A DNA stretch of 64,000 bases. Origin: Octopus vulgaris (Eukaryota). The notes beneath the pieces were generated by a model. It saw nothing but the letters and a program-made list of their open reading frames with translations, searched no databases and had not been told where the DNA came from. A program made the position numbers and the translations under genes. Location of the stretch: positions 68,324,001 through 68,388,000 of the forward strand of contig OX597827.1 of NCBI GenBank assembly GCA_951406725.2, read 5' to 3'. Positions 40,216-54,930 of this stretch are shown here, one piece after another. The first letter of the stretch is position 1. Every line of letters begins with the position of its first letter.

Positions 40216-40572
40216 ATACTAGCAGTGTGGCCCGGCGTTGCTCGGATTTGTAAGGGAAATAACTATAAAGCATTTTTAGAGAGTTATAGCCAAAAAATGG
40301 AAAAAAAATTATGGTAAATTTTTTTTTTAGTTAAAAAGGTTGAGTTGCGTCCCCTAGACAGTCTGTGGTTTGTGTTTCTGATTGTCGACCCCATGTCGAA
40401 TTTATCGATTTTTTCAGAACTGGGGGAACTTTTCAAAATTTTCGCTGCGTTAGTTTTGAATTATGACATTGGGCTATGTGTGTGTCAAGTTTCATCAGAA
40501 TCGGTTGAAAGCCGTGGTCAGGGTGAGGGTACAAGCTAACAGACACACAGAAACACACACAGACAAACTGCC

Positions 40573-40590
<18 letters not shown>
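40216..40590 (+). mobile_element. Non-autonomous Helitron/Helentron-like element, copy 2
   Basis: Near-identical to 17425-17802. Confidence 0.7.
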
Positions 40591-40611
<21 letters not shown>

Positions 40612-41082
40612 CATGTGTGTATATCTATATGCATATGTATGAGAGAGAGAGGCTTATACTCCTATTTATAAATATATTGTGACTGTTTTTTTTATGAATA
40701 TAAGTATCATATGTATACAAGTTTATTTATCTTTACATAAATAGTAAATGTGTATATTTTGATTCCATTGTATGCACACATACACAGATATGAAGACGTT
40801 TCTGTGCGCGCGCAAGGGTGTATACATGTGTTTTGATACGTCGAAACAGACCCGGAACTGCTCCTGTGTTCCGAGACGTTGTTTGTACCAGTGACATATT
40901 TTACAAAGGTAAACCATTGGACAGTTTCCGACGACACACCACTCGCACATCTTGCTGAGTGGCTTGCAAGCCTTAATAATACCACTGCTAGCAAAGAAAA
41001 GTGTCAGACTCCGTCGATGTAGGAATGTTTGTTTAACTGGGTGTGTCTCCAACTCATAGCCAAAACTTAATGCCTGCCAAAT

Positions 41083-41156
41083 TCTCTCTTCTCTCTTCTC
41101 TCTCTGCCGCCGCTTTTCTTTTTACTTTCATTCTTTCATTTCTGCTCTCTCTCTCT

Positions 41157-41199
<43 letters not shown>

Positions 41200-41318
41200 C
41201 TTTGTCTTCCTTTTAATTTTTCCCTCTCCTCTTCCTTGTCAATTTTCCTTACTTCTCTCCCGGGGTGTTTTCCATCAAATTCATTTTTACATCTATGTTT
41301 TTAGACTATATTCCTTGC

Positions 41319-41363
<45 letters not shown>

Positions 41364-41715
41364 ACTCTCTCTTCCTCCCTCCCACACTCCCCCTATTGTT
41401 TGATCTGAATCTCTCTGTCTCTTTCTGTTGTTATCCTTCCTTCATTCAACTAATTTATTAACCTTTATTTTAATCGTTCTTTATCACCATTTCATTAAAC
41501 ACCCCGCTCCTTCTCTTACATTTTCTTCCTTTTGTCATTAATTTTCCTCTTCTATCTCTCTCCACAACTTCCTTCTTCCCTTCCTCCCCTTCTCTCTCTC
41601 CCCCTCACTCCAACCCCTCTCTCTCTCTCCCACTCCCACTCTCTCTTCCACTTTATCTAATTCGTTAATTTTCACCCAATTCTTACTAATAATTCCTTTC
41701 TTTCTCTTCCACTTG
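41083..41715. repeat. Long polypyrimidine/(CT)n tract
   Basis: Strong C/T strand bias over about 630 bp. Confidence 0.9.
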
Positions 41716-42204
41716 TATAGCCCACTTTGATAAGAAGACGTTTTCTCTGACTCACTCACTCACACACTCGTGTTTATTATTTTTCTTTTGTACACTTTTG
41801 TAGCCTAGCATTTAATATGTTTTACCCACACACTCACACCACACACATATATATATTATATATAAACATATATATATTCATACACGCTCGTACGCACATA
41901 CAAGCGTATTCAGTCTGTTTCATGTCACTATTTCCACCTCATAAACTGTGCTAATCATGATAATTAAAAACGTTGATGATGTGTTGCAAGGGTGTGAAGA
42001 GTGAGGTAATACTTGACCAATTTCATCATCACAGAATTTAACTTAGAGTTTAGTTTTTTTTTTTTTTTTTTAGTCACAGTATCGTTGTTTTCTTTAAATT
42101 TCGCAATTCTTTGATTCCTTAAAAGCACGATTACATTATTCACACATTCGGCAGATTTTTTACAGGGTGGGAAATTATTTTGTGATGAATGGTATCTGAA
42201 TTAA

Positions 42205-42424
42205 GGCAGAATCGTTAGCACGCCGGGCGAAATGCTTATCGGTATTTCGTCTGCCGCTACGTTCTGAGTTAAAATTTCGCCGAGGTCGACTTTGCCTTTC
42301 ATCCTTTCGGGGTCGATTAAATAAGTACCAGTTACGCACTGGGGTCGATATAATCAACTTAATCCCTTTGTCTGTCCTTGTTTGTCCCCTCTGTATTTAG
42401 CCCCTTGTGGGTAGTAAAGATATA
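42205..42424 (+). mobile_element. SINE family A
   Basis: Nearly full copy. Confidence 0.88.
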
Positions 42425-42469
42425 GGAATTAATCTGCGCAGAATTCTAATGCTGTCTTTCTATCAAGTA

Positions 42470-42689
42470 TTCTTTTACTCTTTTACTTGTTTCAGTCGTT
42501 TGGCTGACTGCGGCCATGCTGGAGCACCGTCTTTAGTCGAGCAAATTGACCCCCCCCCCCCAGGACTTATTATTTTTGTAAGCCCAGTACTTATTCTATC
42601 GGCCTCCTTTGCCGAACCACTAAGTTACGGGGACGTAAACACACCAGCATCGGTTGTCAAACGATGTTGGGGGGAAAAACACACACACA

Positions 42690-42754
<65 letters not shown>

Positions 42755-42940
42755 GCCATGATAGATCGTTAGCCACTACACACATTTTTTTCTCTCCTTG
42801 TTTTTACTGTGTCCCTTTCTGTAGAAGAACGTAGGCTCGAAGCGTAAAAGACTTTTTCTATTCCTGGGCCTTATACTAATACATCTGTTTGTTTTGTACA
42901 CCACTTGTCTTCGTCTTTTGTTTTTTTTTTCGTAAACTCT

Positions 42941-42982
<42 letters not shown>

Positions 42983-43145
42983 GACGGGCTTCTTTCATTT
43001 TCCGTCTACCAAATCCACTCACAAGGCTTTGGTCAGCCCGAGGCTATAGCAGAAGACACTTGCCCAAGGTGCCACGTAGTGGGACTGAACTTGGAACCAT
43101 GTAGCTCATAAGCAAGCTAATTACCACACACCCAATCCTGCGCCT
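42470..43145 (-). mobile_element. SINE family B, interrupted in its microsatellite
   Basis: Homologous copy with an insertion at 42760-42945. Confidence 0.88.
42760..42945 (+). mobile_element. Short (TA)n-inserted element (probable Penelope pLTR piece) with degenerate hammerhead at 42811-42852
   Basis: cttt-CTGTAGA-a-gaac-gtag-gctc-GAAG-cg-TA-aaag. It sits inside the (TA)n of a SINE, and a related reverse-oriented fragment lies at 15003-15093. Confidence 0.45.
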
Positions 43146-43935
43146 GTACAAGTGATAATTACAGAATAGGAAAGGATCTCACTAGAGTCGACTCTAGAAT
43201 GATTTGAACTCGGTATATGACGAGAAGAAAATAAAAATACTCGTTCGTGATATTTTTGAATCGGTGGAAAATAATTCTCTTTCCACTGGTTTGTAGGTTG
43301 AGTTTTAATGAAACCATGAAGAGCCAACGTGGGTTGAGTTAGAATTGACTGTCCTACTGGCTTCTGTTAAAATGTCAATGATTTAGGAACTCTATATAAA
43401 GCAATATGATCCTGGTTTTCTGTTGCGGTTTGACATTTTCAACTCCCGTATTAAGATGAAAAAAGCTGAGAGACTAAATGTAGTTTATATCTGAATATAT
43501 GTGAGCTGGTAGAGACAAAAAAAAAAAAATAGAATTCCTCAGCTAATAATGAATATTTTAGAATTGAGCAACCGGTCGCGAGGATAAACAGGAAATTCAA
43601 GCGTTGTAGTAAATGGACGATTTACGGTTTGTGACTTTTGTTTTGATTAATGACCTTAATTAATAATGGATGGCTATTATATAAGAATTAACATTCATTA
43701 CCAGAAGCCGTTTAATTTTCGTAAGCTCACATGCAAATTGGTGTACAAAGATGGAAGGGATTGGTGAATAGAAGGGATATAGGAAAATGAAGTAGGGAAG
43801 CGGTGCAGGGGAGAAGCGAGAGGAAGAGGGGAATGCTGTTATAGTTTACTTTTACCGATCTCTAAGGCACCGGTTTCTCTCCAACGTATATAAGAACATT
43901 ACTACACTGGCGAATTGTGTTTAGAGTTCACTCCA

Positions 43936-44164
43936 TACGAAGGGGTGTCATGCAAAGTTCCTGGCTTTAAGGGTATTGCGAAGGGTCTGTCTGCTTGGAG
44001 GCCCAACCTTCCGAGTTCTTTTAAAGGGCTTAGAAAAACTGAAGGAACGCTGCAATAAGTGTGTGAATCTCAGAAGAAAATATTCTGAATAAAGTCATAA
44101 TTAACTGATCCTCCTGTAATTTCTTTTACCCAAAACCAGGAACTTTCTTCAGTAACCCCTCGTA
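43936..44164 (+). mobile_element. Mariner-derived MITE (same family as 6640)
   Basis: TA-flanked TIRs. The internal GLEKLKERCNKCVNLRRKYSE* is a mariner transposase C-terminus. Confidence 0.82.
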
Positions 44165-44289
44165 ATTCATAGCAAAAGATCTTCAAATGTTATAATACAA
44201 TATGGTTTTATTATCAATGACATGTATATATTTCTTGCTGGAAGTCAAAAAAGAGATCGCTCTGCCTGATTATTGCCGAAGTCTTATAG

Positions 44290-44520
44290 GGCGGCGAGCT
44301 GGCAGAAGCGTTAGCACGCCGGGCGAAATGCTTAGCAGTATTTCGTCTGTCGCTACGTTCTGAGTACAAATTCCGCCGAGTTCGACTTTGCCTTTCATCC
44401 TTTCGGGGTCGATAAATTAAGTACCAGTTACGCACTGGGGTCGATGTAATCGACTTAATTCGTTTGTCTGTCCTTGTTTGTCTTCTCTATGTTTAGCCCC
44501 TTGTGGGTAGTAAAGCAATA
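44290..44520 (+). mobile_element. SINE family A
   Basis: Full copy. TSD tattgc(c/t)ga(a/t)gtctt. Confidence 0.9.
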
Positions 44521-44897
44521 TATTGCTGATGTCTTTGCTCGTTCTTACAAGAAGTTATCATAGTTAACAAAATTAAAATTGCAGATTTCATTCTGTAAAA
44601 TAATACAGATATATTTCGTTGGTTTTTGAAAATAAATATTTCTATCAAAAACTATCATTATTAAAGAAGCATTTGTTATAACACCTAAAGTTATCATATT
44701 CGTAGTTACTTCTAGTCATATTTTTTCACCCTAAATAAACTACACGGACATTTTACTATATTCTAAAAAGTTTACAAAATAGTGTACTTCGTTGTTTCAT
44801 TGGCTGCAGAGACTACAATCAAATAAAAGATATCAATTTTCATATTTTAGTTCAGACAACAGGTAATAGTGTTTATATAAATATTAACTAGTATTTA

Positions 44898-45280
44898 AGG
44901 CGGAGAAGGCGAAATGCTTAGTGGCACTTCGTTGTCTTTACATTCTGAGTTCAAATTCCCTCGCGGTCGATTTTGTCTTTCATCCTTTCGGGGTCGATGA
45001 AATAATGTACCAGCTTAGTACTGGGGTCAATGTATTCGACTGCTCCCACTCCCTTAAATTTCAGGCATTGTGTCTACGGTAGAAGGTTTTATTATTATCA
45101 TTGTTAAGGCAGCTAGTTGGCAGAATCGTTAGCACGCTGGGTAAAATGCTTAACGGCATTTCGTTCGTCTTTACGTACAGAGTTCAAATTCCACCGAGGT
45201 CGACTTTGCCTTTCATCCTTTCAGCGTCGCTAAAATAAGTACCATTTGAGCATTGGAGTCGATGTGATCGACTTCCTCCT
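44898..45280 (+). mobile_element. Two tandem SINE A-variant copies
   Basis: Two A cores, flanked by the direct repeat atattaactagtat. Confidence 0.8.
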
Positions 45281-47199
45281 ATATTAACTAGTATAGCAGC
45301 AGTGGAGATGATACCAAAATTTCACACTGCCTAAATCTGTCATCGAATCTCGCAATTTCGGTCCGTTTTGTATTTTATTCCTTCGACGTCAATAAAACAG
45401 GTACCAGTCATTTACGGTAAAAAAAAAGCTCAATCGTCTGTATATTTCCATTCCAAATTTGTGATTGGATCAATATATGAAATCCCCACTTGTACACGAT
45501 ATTGCAATCAGTGTACTTTAATAAGCAAGCACCCAATGAAACCAGCCTGCGATGTGGTTTTATTTCTCAGTGGAAACCAATTCATTTCATTTACACCAGT
45601 AACTCTCTCTACAAAGTTACGAGTATCAATAACCCTCATTTCTTTCCTAATGAACATGTGCTTAAGTGAGAAATGAATATCATAGTACTTATAGATTGCA
45701 TTGCAATGTTATGCCGATGCTGTAAAATTACGACAATGTCCTATACTCCAACAATTATTTCGTAATTAGCCTACATCCTTCTGTTAAATTACTGACACAG
45801 ATTATTTCCTCGGTTGAATCTTAGGAAACTTATGAAAATAAAGTGTGGCCCAGGCGCCACATACATTTTCAATGTTTTTTTAAATGTGATTCAGAGAAGA
45901 GCAAAATATATCTTGTACCATTTTCATTACAGACAAGTGTAGTTAAGCGCTCAAGGGAGGACTCGACACAGCCCTGGCGGCGACATTAGAACTTACAACC
46001 AAATTATAGGTCATTATGATTCTGCAAACAAACATCAATGAAAATGTTTTATAACGCATTTAAAAGGCGCTTTCCAAATCTCCGGAGATATTTTAAAATA
46101 AATATTAGCTCTTTTAGTACCTCCTTTAAAAATAAACTAAAAAAAAAAACTTTGCAGCTTTAAATTTCGACGTAACACTTTGAACGATAGCTTGGTACAT
46201 ATTACTGAATTGGCTTGTGACATACAAGTTTGCTGTAGCTTTCTTATAAGAGATCAAGTTCTGAATTCGCTGATATGATGTTTAAAACTTTCATAATACA
46301 CACAGGTCCAAACTGCTATTAACTAATCTTCGTAAATCCCCAAAGTACTTGAAAACAAATTATATATTATTAACGGTTGTAACAAAGTAGGTATGGTTTT
46401 ACTTGTTTGTTTTATAGCAATGGCTGAATATAAGTGTGTATGTTTATAATGGGTTTATTTCACTATAAATGTGAATTGTTAGAACGGAGCAGTTAATTGT
46501 CAGCTTTTATTAATCAATAAATTTGCTAAATAAACAGAACTGACAAAGCGAATTTAAATATACATGTATCGTTTAGCTCTTACTTGTTTCATTCATTCGT
46601 CTGTGGCCATGCTGGGGCACCGCTTTAAAGGGACTTAGTGGAACAAATCGACCCCGGTACTTTTAAAAGTTTGATGCATATTTTATCGGTATGTCAGAGA
46701 GACATAAACAAACCAATATCGATTGTCGAGCGGTGTAGGACGACAAACTTAGGCATATATGCGACGGACTTCCACACAGTTTCCGTATATATGAAAGTTC
46801 ATTCATCTGGCATTGATTGTCCCGGGGTTATGATAGATGACACTTGCGCAAAATGCCAAGCAAATAGTTTTAAAATATGATTTCGATAAAAATAAAATAT
46901 GAATAACGAAAATCTGCTTTTTTTATATGAACGTTGCATGAAACAGTTTATGGTCAAGTTACGTGATTTTTTTTTTCATTTCACTTTAATCCGATATTGT
47001 TATTTGGAAAATACAAGTACAACACATCGATTTTTCCAGATGTTTAATCCCAAAGCCGTTCCAAATTATTGATTTTTCGGAACCAGCGTTGGTCACATTC
47101 TAAATTAAAGAAATATTAAATTTACTTAAAGAGCTAAATGAAATACTGGTATTCGTATATTAGTATAGATAAGTTTACTCATACTATACTGTGGAAGGT

Positions 47200-48380
47200 A
47201 CGAGTCTGCTAATCTGTGAAAGGTACCATTTACTATGCCTGGTCGTTGCGGGAATTTGAAGTTCCTGCTAATAAATCTGTGCAGATGTTAACAGATTCTG
47301 GACGATCAGTGGTTGTAGCTGTGACAATTGCTATCTGCTCATTTCATAAAGTCAATCTGGATGGTCACTGGTTGATAGACATCGGACAACGAAAGATTGA
47401 GCAATACTCTTCATCAATATTAGGAGTGTGTGAGGGCGCGTGGCTTAGTGTTTAGGGCATTCGGCTCATGATCGTAAGGTTGTGAGTTCGATTCCCGGCG
47501 ACGCGTTGTGTCCTTGAGCAAGACACTTTATTTCACGTTGCTCCAGTCCACTCAGCTGGCAAAAATGAGTTGTACTTGTATTTCAAAGGGTCAGCCTTGT
47601 CACTCTCTGTGTCACGCTGATTATCCCCGAGAACTACGTTAAGGGTACACGTGTCTGTGGAATGCTCAGCCATTTGCACGTTAATTTCACGAGCAAGCTG
47701 TTCCGTTGATCGTATCAGCTGGGACCCTCGTCGTCGTAACCGGCGGAGTCTCTTTAATTAGGAGTGTGTTTAAGGCGGAGAGCTGGCAGAATCATTAGCA
47801 AGCTGGGCGAAATGCTTAGCAACATTGCGTCCATCTTCACGTTTTGAGTTCAAATTCCGCCGAGGTCGACTTTGCTTTCGTCCTTTCGTGGCTGGTAACA
47901 TAAGTACCAGTTGAATACGGGGAGCGATGTGACCGACCTAACCCTCCCTAAAATTACTGGCCTTGTGCCAAAATCTGATACCAATATCAGGAGTGTGTCA
48001 GGTGATAAAATAAGCTTACTTTGCAATTTCATTGTTTCGGATTCGATTCGGGCCCATGTTTACTTACACGGAAGAACTCCAGCTTTGAGTGGCAATAACG
48101 AAAAGGGTAATATGAAAAGATTTGATACTGAGCCTACAAGATTGGTTAGAATGGAGAAAAGGAAAGAGGAAAAGGAATGAGTAATGAGTGTGGAATGAGT
48201 TTTCATTACGAGCTCATGATTATCACACACTGGTAACGGGTTACTACCCAGAAACCCGGGTCTGTGTGTATCGCGTAAGACTAGAGAGGGAAACGATGAT
48301 TTCTCCTCGCAAATACTAATCGGACACAGCCAGTGTGTCGTTAGCCAGCTGGAGGAGATGTCCTCCTGGGCCAAAAAACA
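47200..48380 (-). mobile_element. Decayed LINE 5' region (APE endonuclease), interrupted by two SINEs
   Basis: Minus-strand remnants in the expected order: TNLVGSVSN (cf. TNIRGLxSN), KAGV, YCSIFRCP (cf. YRSP) and LLAG/xF (cf. GDFN, frameshifted). Confidence 0.45.
47432..47985 (+). mobile_element. SINE D-head/C-tail chimera (47432-47752) followed by SINE A variant (47773-47985)
   Basis: The target sequence at(t/c)aggagtgtgt occurs three times (47419, 47757, 47986). Confidence 0.85.
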
Positions 48381-49352
48381 ACAGTAGCATCGTCCTCTAT
48401 GGAACCACCACGTTTAGTTTGCAATTATATCTTACGCTTAGTTAGAATGGTTATGACGTTTAGCAAATTATTTTAATTTCTATTCGATATCATAGTTGGT
48501 GTTATTATCTTTTTAAGATTTCACATAAATGTGAACAATCTTTTATTCGTGCTTCTAAGTTGATTGCAAAATATGCATGATTATTGCTCGTAAAGTAATT
48601 TAAATAAACTGGTAGTTAAACTAACGCCTGACTTAGAAACATACGTTTTTGCAGTAGCGTAGTAAATAATTCCTTTAAAAGTACATTTACGGTCACGTGG
48701 ACAAGCATTCGGATGCACTTGAATGTTTGTGAACATTAGGTTGATAACTGCACCTTTGATAACTCCACCCCTTCTCAATTTTCATCTCTCTATATTTCTT
48801 TCCTACTTTTAGTCCCCCGTTCCGCCCACGCTATTCTCCTACCTTTCTTCGGCAAAAATTTTGCTAGATGTGCAATATTCTTTTTAAAAGTTTCTCATTA
48901 CATTCTGATGAACGAAAACATGAAACCAGATTAAACTGTAATCCTGAAACCGTTATTAACTCTTTGATTGCAGGAAACAGATATATCTGCTCAAAATTTT
49001 GATACTGTTGACTGCGTAAAGTGGTTTCACCCCAAGGTCTTTGAAAAAGCCCTCTCTTTTTGCTACGAAAAATGGGGATAAACAAATGACACATTTTACT
49101 AAAAGTAAATAAATAAAAAATTTCAAATTTTCTTCATTTTTTTTTTTTACACATTTCATCGCAGAGCCTACAAGACCCCCGAAGGTATGAATCAAAGTAA
49201 AATAATACGATAGATCGATACCATTGGAAACCCGTATTTGATTCGTAGTTTATTTTATCGATTAGAGGCAAATTTGAACTCAGCAGAATGTTTTTGTCGC
49301 GTTGATCTATGCTTCGAAATTGTGAATTTCGGAATACTGTAGCATAGTTATG

Positions 49353-49389
<37 letters not shown>

Positions 49390-49980
49390 GGCGGCGAGCT
49401 GGCAGAACCGTTAGCACGCAGGGCGAAATGCGTAGCCGTATCTTTCATCTGCCGCTACGTTCTGAGTTCAAATTCCGCCGAGGTCGACTTTGCCTTTCAT
49501 CCTTTTGGGGTCGATTAAATAAGTACCAGTTACGCACTGGGGTCGATATAATCGACTTAATCCATTTGTGCGTCCATGTTTGTCCTCTCTGTGTTTAGCC
49601 CCTTGTGGGTAGTAAAGAAATAGGTATTTCGTCTGCCGCTCCGTACTGAGTTCAAATTCCGCCGAGGTCGACTATGCTTTTCATCCTCTTGGGGGTCGAT
49701 TAAATAAGTACCAGTTACGCACTGGAGTCGATGTAATCGACTTAATCCGTTTGTCTGTCCTTATTTGTACCTTCTATGTTTAGCCCCTTGTGGGCAATAA
49801 AGAAATACGAATCGTTAGCACCCCGTGCAAAAGTTCCCAGTGGCACTTCGTCCGTCCTTACGTTTTGAGTTAAAATTCTGTCGAGGTCGGTTTACCCTTT
49901 CATCCTTTCGGGGCCCATAAAATAAATACCAGCCAAGCAGTGGGGTCAATGTAATCGACCAATGCCCCCCCCCTCGAAGT
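49390..49980 (+). mobile_element. SINE family A dimer followed by an older A copy
   Basis: Junction aaagaaatag|gtatttcg at 49623/4. The older copy starts at about 49809. Confidence 0.88.
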
Positions 49981-52129
49981 TATGACATAGATATACACAC
50001 AACATGTATAGACATATATACACATATACATATATATATATATACACACGTGTGTTTGTATGTGTGTGTGTGTGTGTGTCAAAATAAAAACTGTGCTGTG
50101 TGTGTGTGTGTTATATGTGTGTGTGTGTGTGTGTATGCGTGTGTGTGTGTGTGTGTGCGTAGTACTGTGTAAAATAACGTTCTGGTATTTCATAGGGTGT
50201 AGTGAACTGTAGTTTGGGATCAGCGCCATTTTTATATGAAAGGGTTGGATACTGTTGTAGTATTTGTCGTATCACCAAAATTGTTTGATTAATATACACT
50301 CTAATGCATTGAACGTTTGCTTAATTAGAATTTAATGATGTGTTGTGTCGTTTTTATTACTGTAGCGAAGAAGCTGGAGTTTCCAGTTTTTTTCTGTTCC
50401 TTCCAATCCAAATATGACTTTACAGGCAGGTGTGAAAAGTTACGTGTTGGAACGTGCATTGTCCCCACCCTACGAAACAACGACCACGACGACAACGACC
50501 ACGACGATGATGATAATAATAATAACGGTAATCACGCCGATGTCTGCCTTGAGTAATATGAGCTTGTAAGGAAATTAATGATACGTAGGAAATGATACGT
50601 AGGAAGTATCGAAATAGTAAAAGCCAGGCAGATTTAAATAGAAACTGGACACTAATTAAAACCAGTATAATTAAGGGAAGAGGAAAAACAATTCTTTTAT
50701 GACTTTTATTTTGGCTTTTATGTTAGTTAAGGAATAATTTATTTTTTTTAAGACATGTAAATTATAGGGGAAATTTATCCCAAGCCCAACCAATATAAAA
50801 TAAGATCGTTTGAAAGCGATGAAACAATTCTTAAAAGAAACAAAAAGACCCCTATTTTATATAGCAGCATGTGTTCGCTATTAGTCTTTTTAAAACACAA
50901 TTTAGTTTATTTATTTTTCCTTTTGTGGTGTTTATTGTTTCTTTGTAATTGTTTTTTTTTTTTTTTCTTAATTGTCTCCAAAATGTAAGATATGTGTTTC
51001 AATCTCGTTATGTGAGCGATTTCGTTTTGGTGTCAAATTCTTGCTTATAATTTGCCAAATTCCAGAGGTATTGTATGTTGCATTGTGTCAACTAACTGTG
51101 TTTGTTAGTTAAATGTAATATAGGTTGGCGAGTCTTGCACACATACGTACGAGGCACAAATATAAACACACACACACACACTATATATATATATATATAT
51201 ATATGTCTGTATGTGTGAGTGGGAGAGAGAATTTGTGTGTGTGCGTGTGTGTGTGTGTGTATTTAGTCACACACACACACACACAATCAGAAAAATGTTC
51301 CTTTGCTATTTTGAAAGAAATGCTGTGTCTTTAGTCTTAAAGGAAAAGCTATATTCTCCCAAAACCAGTTTGTAGACTGAGTGTTCTAATACTAAACCTG
51401 GCAGTAATAACGTGCTTGAATATTCAATGACATTTACGTAGAATTTCTATCTTGATGGCAATGAGAAACGACATTTTCTATAACAAAGTATCGAATTTTA
51501 TTTGTATATTTCCATATATACGACATTGCTGTTCAGAAACCAGGCAGTTTCATTAGTTCTTGTTGCTGATTATGATATTATGTATGCGCCTGTCTGCATA
51601 TGGAAATGAATATATGTGTGTGTTTGTATGCGGATGTATGAAAATGATACATAGGTGTGTATATATATATATATATATGAGGGTATGCTAACTCAATTTC
51701 AAATTTCTTAGCATTCTTTTAACATATTATAATTATCTGTCATGCCTTATGAAGAGCGAAAAGAGGGAAGATTTTTATTGTTAAATACAAGGTCTTGCGT
51801 CTCTGCTTCTCCTTCAATCTAAAGTGTCTATAAAATTAGGTATTCAGTTTGCTGATTTTCGCCCCAGGACTGGTAGATACTTTACTCATGCAACAGAAGC
51901 TGGAGGCAAAGATTTATATATAAACGTGTAGTGTGAAAACATGAGCCGCTACATCAGTGGTTCTCGACCGGGCTTCGTACGACCTCTGGGGCGGGAGTAC
52001 ATATGCATTGTTTTGTTTATTTTTGGTGGGGGATGTGCATGAAAGTTAAATAGTAAATTTGGGGGTCCACTGTAGTATTTTAAAGGTCCACGAAAAGTTT
52101 TGATTTAAAGGTATATATTGTAAGAAAAA

Positions 52130-52360
52130 GGCGGCGAGCTGGCAGAATCATTAGCAAGCCGGGCGGAATGCGTAGCCGTATTTCGTCTGTCATTACGTTC
52201 TGAGCTCAAATTCCTCCGAGGTCGACTTTGCCTTTCATCCTTTCGGGGTCGATAAATTAAGTACCAGTTACGCACTGGGGTCGATATAATCGACTTAATC
52301 CGTTTGCCTGTCCTTGTTTGTCCTCTCTGTGTTTATCCCCTTGTGGGTAGTAAAGAAATA
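52130..52360 (+). mobile_element. SINE family A
   Basis: Full copy. TSD gg(t/c)atatattgtaagaaa (52110 / 52361). Confidence 0.9.
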
Positions 52361-52414
52361 GGCATATATTGTAAGAAACAGCTATGTTTCTTTGACATTT
52401 TACATAGTTCAACC

Positions 52415-52643
52415 TATTGGGTTGTCCGGAATGTTCGTGCCGATTTTTAAAGGAAAGAAAAAGGTTGATAAATATTTGCCATTACATTTTTAATCAACCA
52501 AATACGAACCATTTTGTTGCACAGTGCGACTCCATCTTTCCTTTAACTTGAAAATATCCTCTTCCCAGAATTGAGGTGCCTGGGAGGGTAAGTCGAAAGG
52601 TAAGCTACTATAAATCGGCACGAACTTTCCGGACAACCCAGTA
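52415..52643 (-). mobile_element. Internally deleted mariner (mellifera-like)
   Basis: TIRs ttgggttgtccggaatgttcgtgccgattt / aaatcggcacgaactttccggacaacccag, TA-flanked. Minus strand reads PQFWEEDIFKLKERWSRTVQQNGSYLVD*. Confidence 0.88.
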
Positions 52644-53300
52644 CATATGTGAATGATGTATGCGAAACAAAATAGAGATTTGAAAGAAGTTTCTATAAAA
52701 TTAATTTTTAAACATTGAATAGCTATGAGGGTCCATCAGGAAAGAATAGTAATCTAAGGGGTGCATTGGCAAAGAAAAAAAAAATGGCTGAAAACCTCTG
52801 CTCTATACGACCTCTCGGTCTGCTAAAAATAACAGTCAAAGCTCTTTTGAATCACTATCTGCCATCCTAAAAACGGTCTGAAGGGCTCATAATTCAGATT
52901 GCATTTCAGTATGTACGCGTGCATACATGTTATCGTGGAGATCACTTGCCTTCAGAGAACTCGATTCAGAGAAGATATAGAACAGCTAAATGTGGTTTAT
53001 ACAGTACTCAGAATGCAAGACTGCTACTCAAGTTTCGTGTCGCTGCATATCAATTATATTCATAAAATGTACAATTGCTGACGCATCGAAAAGTCGCGCA
53101 CTTCCTGAGTACAGGTTACAAGAATTTAAACGAATGACAAGTTGCAATATTATCTTCAGAGTAAAGTGCAAAAACTACAAACACACACATATTGTAGCTT
53201 GGGTTGCATTCAAAAAGAATCTGTCCAGGATATTATTATCATTTATGTATGACATAAATATGACATAAATTGTGTTTGACACATTATATATGACATAAAT

Positions 53301-53463
53301 AGGCGTAGGGATGGCTGTGTGGTAAGTAGCTTGCTTACCAGGCACATGGTTCCGGGTTCAGTCCCACTGCGTGGCACCTTGGGCAAGTGTCTTCTGCTAT
53401 AGCCTCGGGCCGACCAAAGCCTTGCGAGTGGATTTGGTAGACGGAAACTGAAAGAAGCCCGTC

Positions 53464-53505
<42 letters not shown>

Positions 53506-53730
53506 GTATGTGCGTGTTTGTGTGTCTGTGTTTGTCCCCAACATCGATTGACAACCGATGCTGGTGTGTTTATGTCCCCGTAACTTAGCGGTTCGGCAAA
53601 AGGAGACCGATACAATAAGTACTAGGCTTACAAAGAATAAGTCCTGGGGGGGGGTCGATTTGCTCGACTAAAAGGCGGTGCTCCAGCATGGGCCACAGTC
53701 AAAATGACTGAAACAAGTAAAAAAAAAAAA
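53301..53730 (+). mobile_element. SINE family B
   Basis: Full copy. Confidence 0.9.
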
Positions 53731-54220
53731 ATGATACGACAGTTCTCGTATCATTTCCGTTATTATCTAGAGATTGAAAGCTACAAAACGAAACGAACGA
53801 CGATTGATGAAAACAACGACGATTGCTTGTTCGTTCGTTGATCTTAGTCATATAAGACCGGTAACAGTTGGGAAGTTAAAGATGACGACGACGACGTACG
53901 AAAGAATGATTTGCAATAAAGAGAGAACGGAGCTACCCACAGTGAAGAAGTAAAAAAACAAAAAAAAAAACAAAACAAAGAAAAATCAAATAGACGAAGA
54001 AGTAAAAAAAAAAAAAAAAAAAAGTAAAGAGTTTGCCGACTTATTATAAACAGCTGTTCGAAACTGGTCAACGTATTCCTTATAATTACAAGCCAACAAT
54101 CCTTCGAAAACAGATACAAACATACAAACTACATGTATAATTTTACTACGCTATCATATCGTCATATGGCTGATAGTACGTATGTATGTATGTATGTGCT
54201 TATGCTTACAAGTTTGCGCG

Positions 54221-54930
<710 letters not shown>

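Larger units (their letters stand above)
51955..52800. mobile_element. hAT/Charlie-like non-autonomous element hosting nested SINE and mariner
   Basis: Ends cagtggttctcgacc / ggctgaaaacctctg with internal ggggtcca motifs. The 8 bp flanks cgctacat / ctctatac match at 5 of 8 positions. Confidence 0.55.

Noticed and set aside
40850-40908. Possible phase-1 exon ending TSDIFYKg|GTAAAC upstream of the MMP exon
   Set aside because: Poor acceptor, too short, and it does not match the expected DIxIxFG motif.
52899-53081. FREDI peptide resembling the MMP21 upstream catalytic exon
   Set aside because: It lacks WSEV/DI..F context and usable splice sites.
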